From Nitrospirales bacterium (GTDB taxonomy: Bacteria > Nitrospirota > Nitrospiria > Nitrospirales > UBA8639), in assembly GCA_965223295.1 (NCBI GenBank), contig CBDCWC010000003.1, positions 1,440,001 through 1,504,000 on the forward strand: a stretch of 64,000 nucleotides of DNA, read 5' to 3'. The position numbers were made by a program, and so were the translations under genes. The notes under the pieces were generated by a model, which had not been told where the DNA came from, did no database searches, and saw nothing but the letters and a program-made list of their open reading frames with translations. Of the stretch, positions 1 to 9,429 are shown in pieces (position 1 is the first letter of the stretch; the number at the start of each line of letters is the position of its first letter).

Positions 1-1305
1 TCGCATACGATCTTGCCACCAGGATTTGAGTCCTGTGATCCATCTCGTGGTCCAGCCGATGGTTTGGGCGTGAAGGTTGGGTTGATCCACATCTTGACGA
101 AAGACAAGAGCGGGGGACACTTGGCGAATGGCCAGCAACGGCCATAGGGAAAAAGCTAGCGTCGCCAGGGTACCGAGGGCCATGCCTCGAAGAATAGGCG
201 TCAGTGCGGGTTCCATGGCAAAGGTGTCAGGAATAATGCCCTTCAGCAAGAGAGGAAAGCCCTGGTGAAGTCCAATTCCCAGTAATACTCCCACGAGGCT
301 GCCAATACCTCCCAAGAGCAGACTTTGCGTGAGATAGATATTCATAACTTGGGAAGAGTCGGCCCCGAGAGTTTTGAGAGTGGCAATGATAGGAACTTTT
401 TGAGTGATAAATCCTTGAATGGTGCACGCGACACCAATGCCTCCGACCAGGAGAATCGTCAGTCCGGTCAGGCCGAGATAGAGTGTTAATTGGTCTAAAA
501 AACGGCGAAGGCGTGGTTGGGCATCACGGTAGGAATTGACTTGAACGCCTTCTGGACTCAGGCGACCACGAAGTTCTCCCAACAATTGATTCAGATTGTG
601 GGAGGGAGAGAGGTGTAATCGGTATCGCTCATGTATCCGGCTCCCGGTTTTGACCAGTTCCGTCTTGTCCAGCGCGGCTCGTGAAATCATGACTCGGGGT
701 CCAAGACTAAAGCCTGTGGCAATTTTGTCTGGTTCTTTTATCAGAACCCCTGTAATCATAAAGTTGGTTTGCCCAATACGTAGCTGGCTGCCAAGATCCA
801 AATTCAGGCGAATCAGCAAGGATTTTTGAACGATGGCACCAAAACAAGAGCGAGGTTGGCAACCTGCTTGAGCAGGTGCAAGGAGTTGATCGGTTGAGAC
901 AGGGGGTTCGACTGCCAGTGTGCCGTAGAGGGGATACAATGTATCAAGAGCTTTGAGTTCAACGAGTTGTGACGTGGGCTGTGCATGATGACCTTGTTTT
1001 TCATCCAGTGCGATAGACGTCATGGCGGCTAACTCTGTGACGTGCGACATCACGACCTTTCGTCGAGCTAGAGAATCTAAGACCTGTTGTCCTTTGCTAC
1101 TCATCGAGCGACGCCAGGAGAGTTCGATATCGCCTCCCAAAAGACTCCTGGCGTCTCCCAAAATGGCCTGTTCAATATTCGTAGCCGAGAGGTCAACAGC
1201 CACAATGGCGCCGACTCCCAAAGCGATGCAGAGAAATAAGAACACAAAGCGGGACCAGGATCTGGCTGTTTCACGCCAGGCCAATTTTAGAGAAAAGGGT
1301 GTCAT
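1..1305 (-). CDS. ABC transporter permease, YbbP/FtsX-like (3' end runs off the window)
   Basis: Not in the ORF track. Read manually from ATG at 1305: MTPFSLKLAWRETARSWSRFVFLFLCIALGVGAIVAV...LLGGDIEL. Directly downstream of the ABC ATPase. Confidence 0.9.
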   Translation of the reverse strand, partial: MTPFSLKLAWRETARSWSRFVFLFLCIALGVGAIVAVDLSATNIEQAILGDARSLLGGDIELSWRRSMSSKGQQVLDSLARRKVVMSHVTELAAMTSIALDEKQGHHAQPTSQLVELKALDTLYPLYGTLAVEPPVSTDQLLAPAQAGCQPRSCFGAIVQKSLLIRLNLDLGSQLRIGQTNFMITGVLIKEPDKIATGFSLGPRVMISRAALDKTELVKTGSRIHERYRLHLSPSHNLNQLLGELRGRLSPEGVQVNSYRDAQPRLRRFLDQLTLYLGLTGLTILLVGGIGVACTIQGFITQKVPIIATLKTLGADSSQVMNIYLTQSLLLGGIGSLVGVLLGIGLHQGFPLLLKGIIPDTFAMEPALTPILRGMALGTLATLAFSLWPLLAIRQVSPALVFRQDVDQPNLHAQTIGWTTRWITGLKSWWQDRMR

Positions 1306-1324
1306 CGGGTTGAGAGATTGGCTT

Positions 1325-2062
1325 TTAAGAGGGATGGGACGTATCCTGAGCGATGGTGCCATCTTGTAACGTGAGAATACGTTGAGCGCGAGCCGCCAGT
1401 GCCATGTCGTGTGTGACCAGGATTAACGTGCTGTTGTGCTGCTCATGGAGTTGCCATAGGAGGTCAATCACTAGGTTTCCAGTGGCACTGTCCAGATTGC
1501 CTGTAGGTTCGTCAGCGAGAAGAAGAGGAGGCTGACAAATAAAAGCCCTGGCCAAAGCCACTCGCTGCTGCTCACCTCCAGAAAGTTGAACCGGGTAATG
1601 ATGTAGACGCTGGTCTAGCCCGACAGCATGGAGGAGCGTCTTCGCGCGTTCGCTACCGGTTGGCAGTCCCTGAAGTTCCAGTGGAAGAGCAACATTTTCC
1701 AGGGCTGTTAACGTTGGAATAAGATGAAATGCTTGAAAGACATATCCAATATATTGGCGCCGAAAGTGTGCCATCTCTGTTTCAGAGAGGCTGGTGATGT
1801 TCGTCCCGTGAATGTAAATATCGCCTTGCGAGGGTCGATCAAGCCCAGCCAGAAGGCCTAGTAGCGTGGATTTGCCACTTCCTGATGGTCCAACAATAGC
1901 CAAGACTTGATTGGCCGGAACGTCAAAGGAGATATTTTGTAAAATCTGAATAGGCAAATTGTCAGCCGAGAGTTGCATGTTCAGCTGCTTGACAGAAATA
2001 AAGGGCTGACCCGATGGCGACTCTGTTGAAAGCAATGGCGAATCCGATGAAGAACTTTGCAC
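1325..2062 (-). CDS. ABC transporter ATP-binding protein, YbbA/LolD-like
   Basis: Walker A GPSGSGKS, signature LSGGEQQR, Walker B LLLADEPTGNLD. Confidence 0.93.
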   Translation of the reverse strand: MQSSSSDSPLLSTESPSGQPFISVKQLNMQLSADNLPIQILQNISFDVPANQVLAIVGPSGSGKSTLLGLLAGLDRPSQGDIYIHGTNITSLSETEMAHFRRQYIGYVFQAFHLIPTLTALENVALPLELQGLPTGSERAKTLLHAVGLDQRLHHYPVQLSGGEQQRVALARAFICQPPLLLADEPTGNLDSATGNLVIDLLWQLHEQHNSTLILVTHDMALAARAQRILTLQDGTIAQDTSHPS

Positions 2063-2102
2063 GGTGTGTTAATGATTAAATCAGGTGCGGGAAATATTGA
2101 AA

Positions 2103-2291
2103 GGGAGTGTTGAAAAAAGCGCCAGCGACGTTCTCGACATTTTTCCGTGCTCACGTTGTCCCAGTACGCTCCGCATGCAAAAATAGCTGCGGCCTTGCTG
2201 GACGGACTTTTTTGACCATTTTCGTCGAATTGACGTCACCAGTGCTCCGGGGGTCTTTCTGTAAACTGAAATTGAGTTATTCAAGGGTCAC
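2103..2291 (+). mobile_element. MITE family 1, copy 1
   Basis: Ends GGGAGTGTTGAAAAA and TTATTCAAGGGTCAC. Flanked by direct repeat TGAAA (2098-2102, 2292-2296). Core is similar to four other copies. Confidence 0.85.
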
Positions 2292-2295
2292 TGAA

Positions 2296-3063
2296 ATGAA
2301 GGTTCTGTCTCATATTCTTTGTAATGTCATTATCTTATCAGGCACAGTTCTTTTCTGTCTGGTTTTCTGGGGCTGTGATGGGCAAAACGACTCTCCCGTA
2401 GATGTTATTCAGGGAGAGGATACATCTCAAAGGAGAAACATGAGAGAGGATGTGAGTTCATCGCCTCAGTCAAAGGAATCAATTGGGGAGGTTGTCCCTC
2501 GAATTGTTGCGTTTGGTGATAGTTTGACGGCTGGCCTAGGTGTCCCATCAGGTGACGCCTATCCTGAACAATTAGCCAGGTGGCTAAAAGAACAGGGATA
2601 CCATTATGAGGTGATTAATGCCGGAGTTTCAGCTGATACGTCGGCCGGTGGATTGCGACGCGTTGAGTGGATTTTGAAGAGCCATCCGACCCTCGTCATT
2701 TTAGAATTGGGTGCTAACGACGGTCTTCGAGGCCAATCCCTGACAGAAACCTATAAAAATCTTCATGCAATCATTAGTCGTTTGAAGGCGGAAGGTGTGG
2801 TTGTTGTGCTCGCGGGTATGCGTATTCCTCTAAATTATGGGAAGGACTATACTCGTGAATTTTCTCAAATGTATAGACGACTGGCCCAGGAGCACGATGT
2901 CGCGCTGATTCCATTTTTTTTGGAAGGCGTTGCGACTCATCGACATTTAAACCAGAGTGACGGTATTCATCCTACGGGAGAAGGATATTCAATTGTGGTG
3001 CAGAATGTTTGGACAACTATACAACCCATTCTTGAGGGATTAGCTCTTCGGGGGCAGAAATAA
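2296..3063 (+). CDS. GDSL/SGNH arylesterase, TesA-like lipoprotein
   Basis: GDSLTAG, INAGVS, ELGANDG and DGIHP blocks; lipobox-like VFWGC. Start reassigned to ATG 2296 because the ORF-track extension is MITE sequence. Divergent from ybbAP, as tesA is in E. coli. Confidence 0.9.
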   Translation: MKVLSHILCNVIILSGTVLFCLVFWGCDGQNDSPVDVIQGEDTSQRRNMREDVSSSPQSKESIGEVVPRIVAFGDSLTAGLGVPSGDAYPEQLARWLKEQGYHYEVINAGVSADTSAGGLRRVEWILKSHPTLVILELGANDGLRGQSLTETYKNLHAIISRLKAEGVVVVLAGMRIPLNYGKDYTREFSQMYRRLAQEHDVALIPFFLEGVATHRHLNQSDGIHPTGEGYSIVVQNVWTTIQPILEGLALRGQK

Positions 3064-3148
3064 ATTGCCCTTCTTCAGGGTAGAAGAAGGGCAACAGAAA
3101 TTTTTTCGGGCAGGATGGTTTCTTTGTCCTGAATCGGAATGAAGCAGA

Positions 3149-3310
3149 TCAGGTTTTAAAGAAAATATCGTAGGCACCGTAGGCAAGGATAACAGCAATG
3201 GTACCATAGAACATAGCTGTGATGCCTTCATACCCTCCACCAGGAGCATTGGCCATAGCTGGTGCAGCTGCTAACAGAAACATTGTACATAGCGTGAAAA
3301 TCCGACTCAT
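3149..3310 (-). CDS. 53-aa small exported/membrane protein
   Basis: MSRIFTLCTMFLLAAAPAMA-NAPGGGYEGITAMFYGTIAVILAYGAYDIFFKT. GAGGG SD upstream, AxA signal-peptidase site, C-terminal hydrophobic helix. Below the ORF-track cutoff. Confidence 0.7.
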   Translation of the reverse strand: MSRIFTLCTMFLLAAAPAMANAPGGGYEGITAMFYGTIAVILAYGAYDIFFKT

Positions 3311-3564
3311 AGGATAACCCTCACTTTCTTACTGAAGACATAGATCTGTAAATGTCAGGCATCTTTATCTTTTCAAAAACTTACGAGATTGTAGACAATT
3401 TTATTTCTAGGATGCAAGTAAAAATAAGCGAAATACACTAAATTTATATATTTAAATTTAAATACATATATTAATGCCGGTTTACCCACGTCAGAAAGAG
3501 TTAGGAATATTCTTTGAGGAGTGTATTCCCTGAGGTTGGCTCGGTCCCGATGTCTTTGAAGAGA

Positions 3565-3810
3565 CTATGGTTCAAGACGCGAATGAGATCCATCACAAAA
3601 GGGTGGTTTCTTGCTGTGCTTACATCCGCACCATGCCATCTTCTTTTTTTCTGTGATTTCAACTTCCATAGGAGACAAGTCAGTTCCTGTGTGTGATCCA
3701 TCACAGAAAGGCTGGGTTTTAGAACGGCCACATTGGCACCAATAATATGTCCCTGGTTCCATGTCCATGACATAGGGTGTGCGTTGTGGAATAACGATTG
3801 AATCAGCCAT
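3565..3810 (-). CDS. CDGSH iron-sulfur protein with two motifs (MiNT/CISD3-like)
   Basis: WCQCGRSKTQPFCDGSH and WCGCKHSKKPPFCDGSH; AGGAGG SD. Confidence 0.95.
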   Translation of the reverse strand: MADSIVIPQRTPYVMDMEPGTYYWCQCGRSKTQPFCDGSHTGTDLSPMEVEITEKKKMAWCGCKHSKKPPFCDGSHSRLEP

Positions 3811-3863
3811 GTTTTCCTCCTTAAAAATGAAGGGAATTTTGTCAGTTCATCATAAAAATTTGT

Positions 3864-4814
3864 TCAACATTTCGCTTGAATGCCGTTGGGGCCCAAGGAT
3901 GTCAGCCAGAGAAAATCGGCAATACCATTCTTGAGTTCAGCCAGAACGTCGTCTTTTTTTGAGGGATCCCACGCGACTAAATAAATGGTCATCATTTTGG
4001 CATCAGGCTGGGTGCGTTTGACACGTTTGGGAACGGGAATATGATATTGAATATGGCCTCCTCCGGTATAGCTGACCAGCGGACCTTCGGACGAAGATTT
4101 ATCAGCAAGATATTTCCCGATGATTTGTGCCATTCCTTCGTCACGGAAAATGGATGCTTCAAAAATTCGTCGATATACATGGTCTGGCATCCCGGCATGG
4201 CAGGCAGTGATTTGTTCAAAGATCAGGTTCTCATATTCGGCATCATCTGTGACGAGATCGGCAATAGGCCATGTAGTCATTTTCGGATCGCTCATCGCCT
4301 TGGTTAAACCCTGAGTCGCGACCAACCGAACCAGAGAACGGGGAGGATTTAGTGCCAACAGATCCAGTTGATGTGATTTCGCAAACGTAACCAGCGGTTG
4401 GTAATCAGTAAATTTTCCACCCCAATTGTCACTCCAATTTGATTCACTGATTACCTCTTCAAGGGTAGAGTCGGGATTGTGGATATAACGATCCAGCCCC
4501 GGCTGCCCATCCCAACTAAACATTTCCATAGCTAGGGCAGGTTGGCGTTGATGTGCGAGCAAGTTCTTGAGAACTGTTTGTGCGGCTTCGAGATGTGATG
4601 GTGTGTAATGTTCTTCACCCAGAAAAATGACATCCGCATCTAAGAGATAAGGGACGAGACCCTCAGTGGTGATCAGCCGTTGTTCTGTAACATGATAAAT
4701 TTGGCCTGCTTCAAGTGTTGGTGTCGCATGCAGTGTACTACATCCTGATGACCCGAACTGAAAGATTGTCCCTAACACGCACAGGAGGGCCAATGGCCGT
4801 ATATGATGAATCAT
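3864..4814 (-). CDS. ChaN-family (heme-uptake-like) lipoprotein
   Basis: DVIFLGEEH, LAMEMF, GGGHI motifs; lipobox SSGC. Start codon uncertain. Confidence 0.8.
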   Translation of the reverse strand: MIHHIRPLALLCVLGTIFQFGSSGCSTLHATPTLEAGQIYHVTEQRLITTEGLVPYLLDADVIFLGEEHYTPSHLEAAQTVLKNLLAHQRQPALAMEMFSWDGQPGLDRYIHNPDSTLEEVISESNWSDNWGGKFTDYQPLVTFAKSHQLDLLALNPPRSLVRLVATQGLTKAMSDPKMTTWPIADLVTDDAEYENLIFEQITACHAGMPDHVYRRIFEASIFRDEGMAQIIGKYLADKSSSEGPLVSYTGGGHIQYHIPVPKRVKRTQPDAKMMTIYLVAWDPSKKDDVLAELKNGIADFLWLTSLGPNGIQAKC

Positions 4815-4977
4815 GAAAACGTCCAGCATGGAGGATGGTGTACCATAGTCTTCAGACCGGGGCAATATTTGGAACGAGGAATTTTTCTTGTGTCATTCTC
4901 ATAGGGCCAGTTATGGTGATACGCATGATGAAGGTATGTGAGAAACCTCTTGAGGAAGAAGTTTTTGTAGGTCATTA

Positions 4978-6279
4978 ATGTTGGATATTTCAGCATTTCG
5001 CGCACAAGTAAAAGAGATCCGAGAGTCGTTTCCGCATCATTGGGAAGCCAGTCGAAAGCTCATGGCTCCAGAATCTTTAGCCGCGACGCTCCCTTCGCTT
5101 ATCGACTCAATTCAACAAGCCTCGATTGGCCAACCTCTCCAACGACGTTTAATTGATGTGTTGGAACAATTTGGGAAACAAGCCAAAACCAAACAGGTGC
5201 GTGACGCTTTAAAAGATCTGACGGGGTTGCCGCCCTCTAAGGCTGTTCGTGCGTTAATTGTGTGGGGCCTTATGGCAAATCAAGAAAGGAGCGACGAAGT
5301 TGGGGACTCTCTTTCCGGAGCCCAACTCGAACGCTATGTGCGAGAAGGCCATAATCCCTATGATGTGCTGCTGCATGCTCGAGCCCCTTCTTTGCTTGAT
5401 ATTGGGGCAGGTGATTTAACATTTGAACAGGAATTAGTTGATCAATATCTTCCTCAATTACGGGGCCAATCCAAATCTCTGACCCTTCACGCCTTTGATC
5501 GGTTAACGCCTGGCTCGCAAGTCGGTGGGGTCTATCATAAAAACCAGGAGCGTGAGCAGTATTTAAAAAATTTTCCTGTAGAAGAGTTGAACTACAAATT
5601 TTGGGGGGGAATGGATCTCGAGAAATTTTGCCATGCGAAGGGTAGTTTGCCACGATACACTATTGCGACTTGTCATGCCCCTGCCAATCCTACATTTGCG
5701 TTTGAGCCAACCCGCTTTGACTCACACGTGATTCTTAAGCATCTGCAAGCAACCCGTGGCCAATTCAACCTGACTCGCTTTGATGGAGAGAAGGTATTAG
5801 AAGTGTCTCATCATGGGCAAACTCTCACGTTCCCGCCATGGAAATTCGATGTTGTTGGGCCCTTGGCGTTGTTGCAGACTATGGGGATTCGATCACGAAT
5901 GGGGGTGTTACCTGCGATTGATGATGAAGTGTTTTGGGAAATATTGAGTCAGTTATTGAAGGACGATGTCTATCGCCCCCACAACATTCTTTTTACTCCA
6001 GAGAACCTTCCAAAAATCTTCGGGGATGTCTATCATGACTTGTCTTTATTGGCAGTTGGTGAAAAAATAGACCTGTCGACGGTTGTCGATATCCGAATGT
6101 GTCTTTCTATGCACAGAACTTCTTTTGGAAAGACCGTAGCACCGGTCAAAATTCGCTATATAGAAGTTCGGCGAGGTGCCGTATGGGAGGGATTGCCCAG
6201 CAGTTTTACTGCACGCCAATTTTCTCGTATGGCAGAAGAATCCACACCCTGGTGGATTATCTTTGTGACAGATGTTTAG
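4978..6279 (+). CDS. Hypothetical protein with SAM-binding-like motif
   Basis: 433-aa ORF containing LLDIGAGD. Confidence 0.65.
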   Translation: MLDISAFRAQVKEIRESFPHHWEASRKLMAPESLAATLPSLIDSIQQASIGQPLQRRLIDVLEQFGKQAKTKQVRDALKDLTGLPPSKAVRALIVWGLMANQERSDEVGDSLSGAQLERYVREGHNPYDVLLHARAPSLLDIGAGDLTFEQELVDQYLPQLRGQSKSLTLHAFDRLTPGSQVGGVYHKNQEREQYLKNFPVEELNYKFWGGMDLEKFCHAKGSLPRYTIATCHAPANPTFAFEPTRFDSHVILKHLQATRGQFNLTRFDGEKVLEVSHHGQTLTFPPWKFDVVGPLALLQTMGIRSRMGVLPAIDDEVFWEILSQLLKDDVYRPHNILFTPENLPKIFGDVYHDLSLLAVGEKIDLSTVVDIRMCLSMHRTSFGKTVAPVKIRYIEVRRGAVWEGLPSSFTARQFSRMAEESTPWWIIFVTDV

Positions 6280-6344
6280 ACAAAGGAACAAATAAGATAG
6301 AATAAAATTTGAGAAATGGGCAGGAGGAAATCGGAAAGAAAAAA

Positions 6345-6419
6345 TGGAGCGGGAAAGGGGATTTGAACCCCCGACCCTCGCCTTGGCAAGGCGATGCTCT
6401 ACCACTGAGCTATTCCCGC
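6345..6419 (-). tRNA. tRNA-Gly (GCC)
   Basis: Reverse complement GCGGGAATAGCTCAGTGGTAGAGCATCGCCTTGCCAAGGCGAGGGTCGGGGGTTCAAATCCCCTTTCCCGCTCCA: full cloverleaf, anticodon GCC, encoded CCA. Confidence 0.97.
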
Positions 6420-6574
6420 TCTCTGAAGGAAGATGACTTTGATTCTAGTGGGCGCCCTATGGCCTGTCAAGGAATGGTCTAATGCGAGAGACTCATTTTG
6501 GTTCTTAAGAAAAATATTCGGAATTCCGAAAAGATAGACACAAAATACCTCGTTAATCTAAGGAGAAAGACAAT

Positions 6575-7906
6575 ATGTATATTAGCGTGATTGGCACGGG
6601 ATACGTGGGGTTAGTCACGGGAGCCTGTTTTGCAGAATTTGGACTGAATGTGCTTTGCATGGATTTGGATGAAAAGCGGATTGCTTCTCTGGAAAAGGGA
6701 AAAGTTCCGTTTTTTGAACCGGGCCTGGCTGAATTGGTGGAGAAAAATATCCAGGCAGGACGTTTACGGTTTACGACGGATTTAAATAAAGCTGTAGACG
6801 AAGCCCTAGCAATTTTTATTGCCGTAGGAACGCCTTCGCGACCGGACGGATCGGCTGACTTGTCTTTTGTCGATGAAGTAGCGCGAAGTGTGGGATCACG
6901 TATGACGGGCTATAAAGTCGTGATTACGAAGTCGACCGTGCCGGTTGGAACGGCAGTCCGGGTCAAAAAACTCATTGAAGAAAATCAAACGAAGCCGTGT
7001 AATTTTGGTGTGGTGTCAAATCCCGAATTTCTCAGGGAAGGTTCCGCTATTGAAGATTTTATGCGTCCCAATCGGGTCGTGATAGGTGCTGACAGTCAGG
7101 CTTCAGTGGCCATCATGAAGGATCTGTACCGCCCTTTGTACCTGATAGATGCGCCAATCGTCATTACCGATATTCCCACTGCGGAGGTTATTAAATATGC
7201 CTCCAATGTGTTTTTAGCCACCAAAATTTCATTTATCAATGATATGGCAAACTTGTGTGAGAGGGTGGGGGCAGATGTGCAAATGGTTTCCAAGGGAATG
7301 GGTTTGGATAAACGAATTGGATCAAAATTTTTACATGCTGGCCCGGGTTATGGAGGATCCTGTTTTGGAAAAGATACTGCGGCGCTAATCAATATTGGGG
7401 CCGAAGCTGGTTACGAAATGACCATCGCCAAGGCAACCAAGCAGGTGAATGAGCAGCAAAGGACTCGAATGCTGGAAAAGATTGGGGAGGCTATGGGAGA
7501 CTTGAAGGGAAAAACAATTGGACTCTTGGGGCTGGCGTTTAAACCCAATACTGACGATATTCGAGATTCTCCGGCACTGGCTATTGCGGAAGAACTGATG
7601 AAAGCAGGGGGCACCGTACGGACCTATGACCCAGAAGCGTTAGAAGAGTCCATGAAGGTGCTGCCGGATATGGTGGCTTGTCAAGATGCCTATCAGACTG
7701 TGGAAGGTGCTGATGCTGTCGTCCTTGTCACAGAATGGAATCAGTTCAGGAATCTGGATTTTGAGCAGATCAAATCCAAGGTCAAATCTCCAATCTTTAT
7801 CGACCTTCGAAATGTTTATGAGCCTGAGCGTATGGCTGAGCAGGGATTCTACTATGTATCAGTTGGTCGAAAAGCGGCTGGAAAGAACCCCTTGAAGCAA
7901 AGTTGA
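6575..7906 (+). CDS. ugd: UDP-glucose 6-dehydrogenase
   Basis: GTGYVG, SNPEFLREG, GYGGSCF, GLAFKPNTDD. Confidence 0.95.
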   Translation: MYISVIGTGYVGLVTGACFAEFGLNVLCMDLDEKRIASLEKGKVPFFEPGLAELVEKNIQAGRLRFTTDLNKAVDEALAIFIAVGTPSRPDGSADLSFVDEVARSVGSRMTGYKVVITKSTVPVGTAVRVKKLIEENQTKPCNFGVVSNPEFLREGSAIEDFMRPNRVVIGADSQASVAIMKDLYRPLYLIDAPIVITDIPTAEVIKYASNVFLATKISFINDMANLCERVGADVQMVSKGMGLDKRIGSKFLHAGPGYGGSCFGKDTAALINIGAEAGYEMTIAKATKQVNEQQRTRMLEKIGEAMGDLKGKTIGLLGLAFKPNTDDIRDSPALAIAEELMKAGGTVRTYDPEALEESMKVLPDMVACQDAYQTVEGADAVVLVTEWNQFRNLDFEQIKSKVKSPIFIDLRNVYEPERMAEQGFYYVSVGRKAAGKNPLKQS

Positions 7907-7928
7907 GCGAGAAAAGGCTTGTAGAACA

Positions 7929-8597
7929 TTATTTTTTCTTGTACCCCATTCGATCTAAGACTTTCATAATCCGTTTCTGAAGTTTCTCGTCTGCGTCACC
8001 TAAGGCCTGCGCCAAGGGTTCGACAGCAGGTTTCCCAATTTTTCGCAAAATCTCCGTAGCCGATTGACGGAGTTCGTCTTCTTCGTTTGTTAAAAGTGGC
8101 ACAACTTCAAGCACGCATGGCGCTCCGATCTTAATGAGCGCGTCATAGGCACGTTGGCGGACATCACCCACTTCATCATTCAGCATCTCCACTAAAGGCT
8201 TCACGGCAGCTTCGACTTTGAGTTCGCCCAATACTTCAATCGCATGCTTGCGATTCAGCCAATGGGTATCATTAAGATCGAGGAGCGCGGCATCGGCTGC
8301 GGCCACATTGGGGTCTTTGGAACGGATGCGAAAACTTTTGACGATGCGTTTGCCTTCTTCTTCGACGACACGGAGGGTGGCGCCATCGCCAAGTTTGATT
8401 TTCTGTAAATCTTCAAGGGCTTCTTCGCCGACATCCAACAAGACGGTCTTGCCGTCGTAGGCCAACAACTCGACTTCGATTTGGTTGGTCTCTAAATTGA
8501 TCGCCGACACATTTTCAGTCACAAGATTAAAGCCATCTTTCTTGGTACCTGATTTGGGGCCGATGGAGATGAGTTGTGCAGGTGCTTCATTTGCCAT
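7929..8597 (-). CDS. HEAT/PBS-lyase repeat protein with N-terminal beta (OB-like) domain
   Basis: C-terminal repeats such as VRQRAYDALIKIG; beta-rich N-terminal ~95 aa. Confidence 0.85.
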   Translation of the reverse strand: MANEAPAQLISIGPKSGTKKDGFNLVTENVSAINLETNQIEVELLAYDGKTVLLDVGEEALEDLQKIKLGDGATLRVVEEEGKRIVKSFRIRSKDPNVAAADAALLDLNDTHWLNRKHAIEVLGELKVEAAVKPLVEMLNDEVGDVRQRAYDALIKIGAPCVLEVVPLLTNEEDELRQSATEILRKIGKPAVEPLAQALGDADEKLQKRIMKVLDRMGYKKK

Positions 8598-8655
8598 GAT
8601 AATGATGTGTCCTCAGATAGAAAGTGAACAAGGCCAAAATATTAATTAACAATTG

Positions 8656-9423
8656 CTATTTTGAAGAACTCGGTGTCCAGCCTAAACTCGATAGTGCGCC
8701 CTCTGCGGTATCCCGAACCATTTCATTCTCATCTTCCAATAGGGGAACCAGAGAGTCGATCGCACGACTATTCTTTAATCGAGCCAAGGATTCGGCGGCA
8801 TTGCGGCGCACCAGCCAATCTTCATCAGCTAAAGCCTCGATGAGTGGATCTATGGACTCCGGGTCACCAATTTTTCCTAACGCTTCCGCTGCATGACGAC
8901 GGACAATCCAATTGGAGGCATGCAGGCCTTCGACTAAGGCCGTCGTGGCACGTGAATCGCCAAGTTTTTTCAAGACACGGGCGGCATCTTCCCGAAGAGT
9001 GGCATCCATTAACGCATCAACTAAACCAGGAACTGCGTCTGGATGACCGATGCGTTCTAACGCCCAAATCGCCGCCGTTTTTACTCCGCCATCTTTATCA
9101 TTCCTAAGGGCATCAATCAACGGTTCCACGGAATTGTGGGCCCGCAATTTCCCCAGCGCAGTGGCCGCCTGTTCCCGGACCGACCATTCATCATCCTCTT
9201 TGAGCGCCTCAATAAGAGGGTCAATCGCAGGTTCCCCGACTTGAACCAACGCGCTGGTCGCAGCTTCCCGAATCACGCAATCATCTTCCAAAAACATATC
9301 AATCAGCTTCGGGATTGCCTCTGCGCCCACTTCACCCAAACGAGAAGCCGCATGATCGCGTAGAGCTTCGTTGTCATCCCGAAGTGCCGACAGCAAGGGA
9401 TTAACTTTATTCTGTTCTGTCAT
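8656..9423 (-). CDS. HEAT/PBS-lyase repeat protein
   Basis: Repeats VREQAATALGKL, VRRHAAEALGKIGD, VRRNAAESLARL. Confidence 0.92.
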   Translation of the reverse strand: MTEQNKVNPLLSALRDDNEALRDHAASRLGEVGAEAIPKLIDMFLEDDCVIREAATSALVQVGEPAIDPLIEALKEDDEWSVREQAATALGKLRAHNSVEPLIDALRNDKDGGVKTAAIWALERIGHPDAVPGLVDALMDATLREDAARVLKKLGDSRATTALVEGLHASNWIVRRHAAEALGKIGDPESIDPLIEALADEDWLVRRNAAESLARLKNSRAIDSLVPLLEDENEMVRDTAEGALSSLGWTPSSSK

Positions 9424-9429
9424 TGGCTC

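Noticed and set aside
2107-2295. N-terminal 63 aa of the 318-aa ORF, and ORFs 2081-2284, 12583-12783, 12624-12824, 40842-41090
   Set aside because: They are translations of the MITE repeat, not independent genes.
3440-3476. AT-only palindrome around ATTTAAATTTAAAT
   Set aside because: Low complexity; expected by chance in an AT-rich spacer.
6046-6405. 119-aa ORF
   Set aside because: Begins inside the tRNA-Gly gene and is antisense to a longer CDS.
6345-6419. tRNA-Gly as an island attachment site
   Set aside because: No integrase nearby and no duplicated tRNA 3' end noticed in the window.
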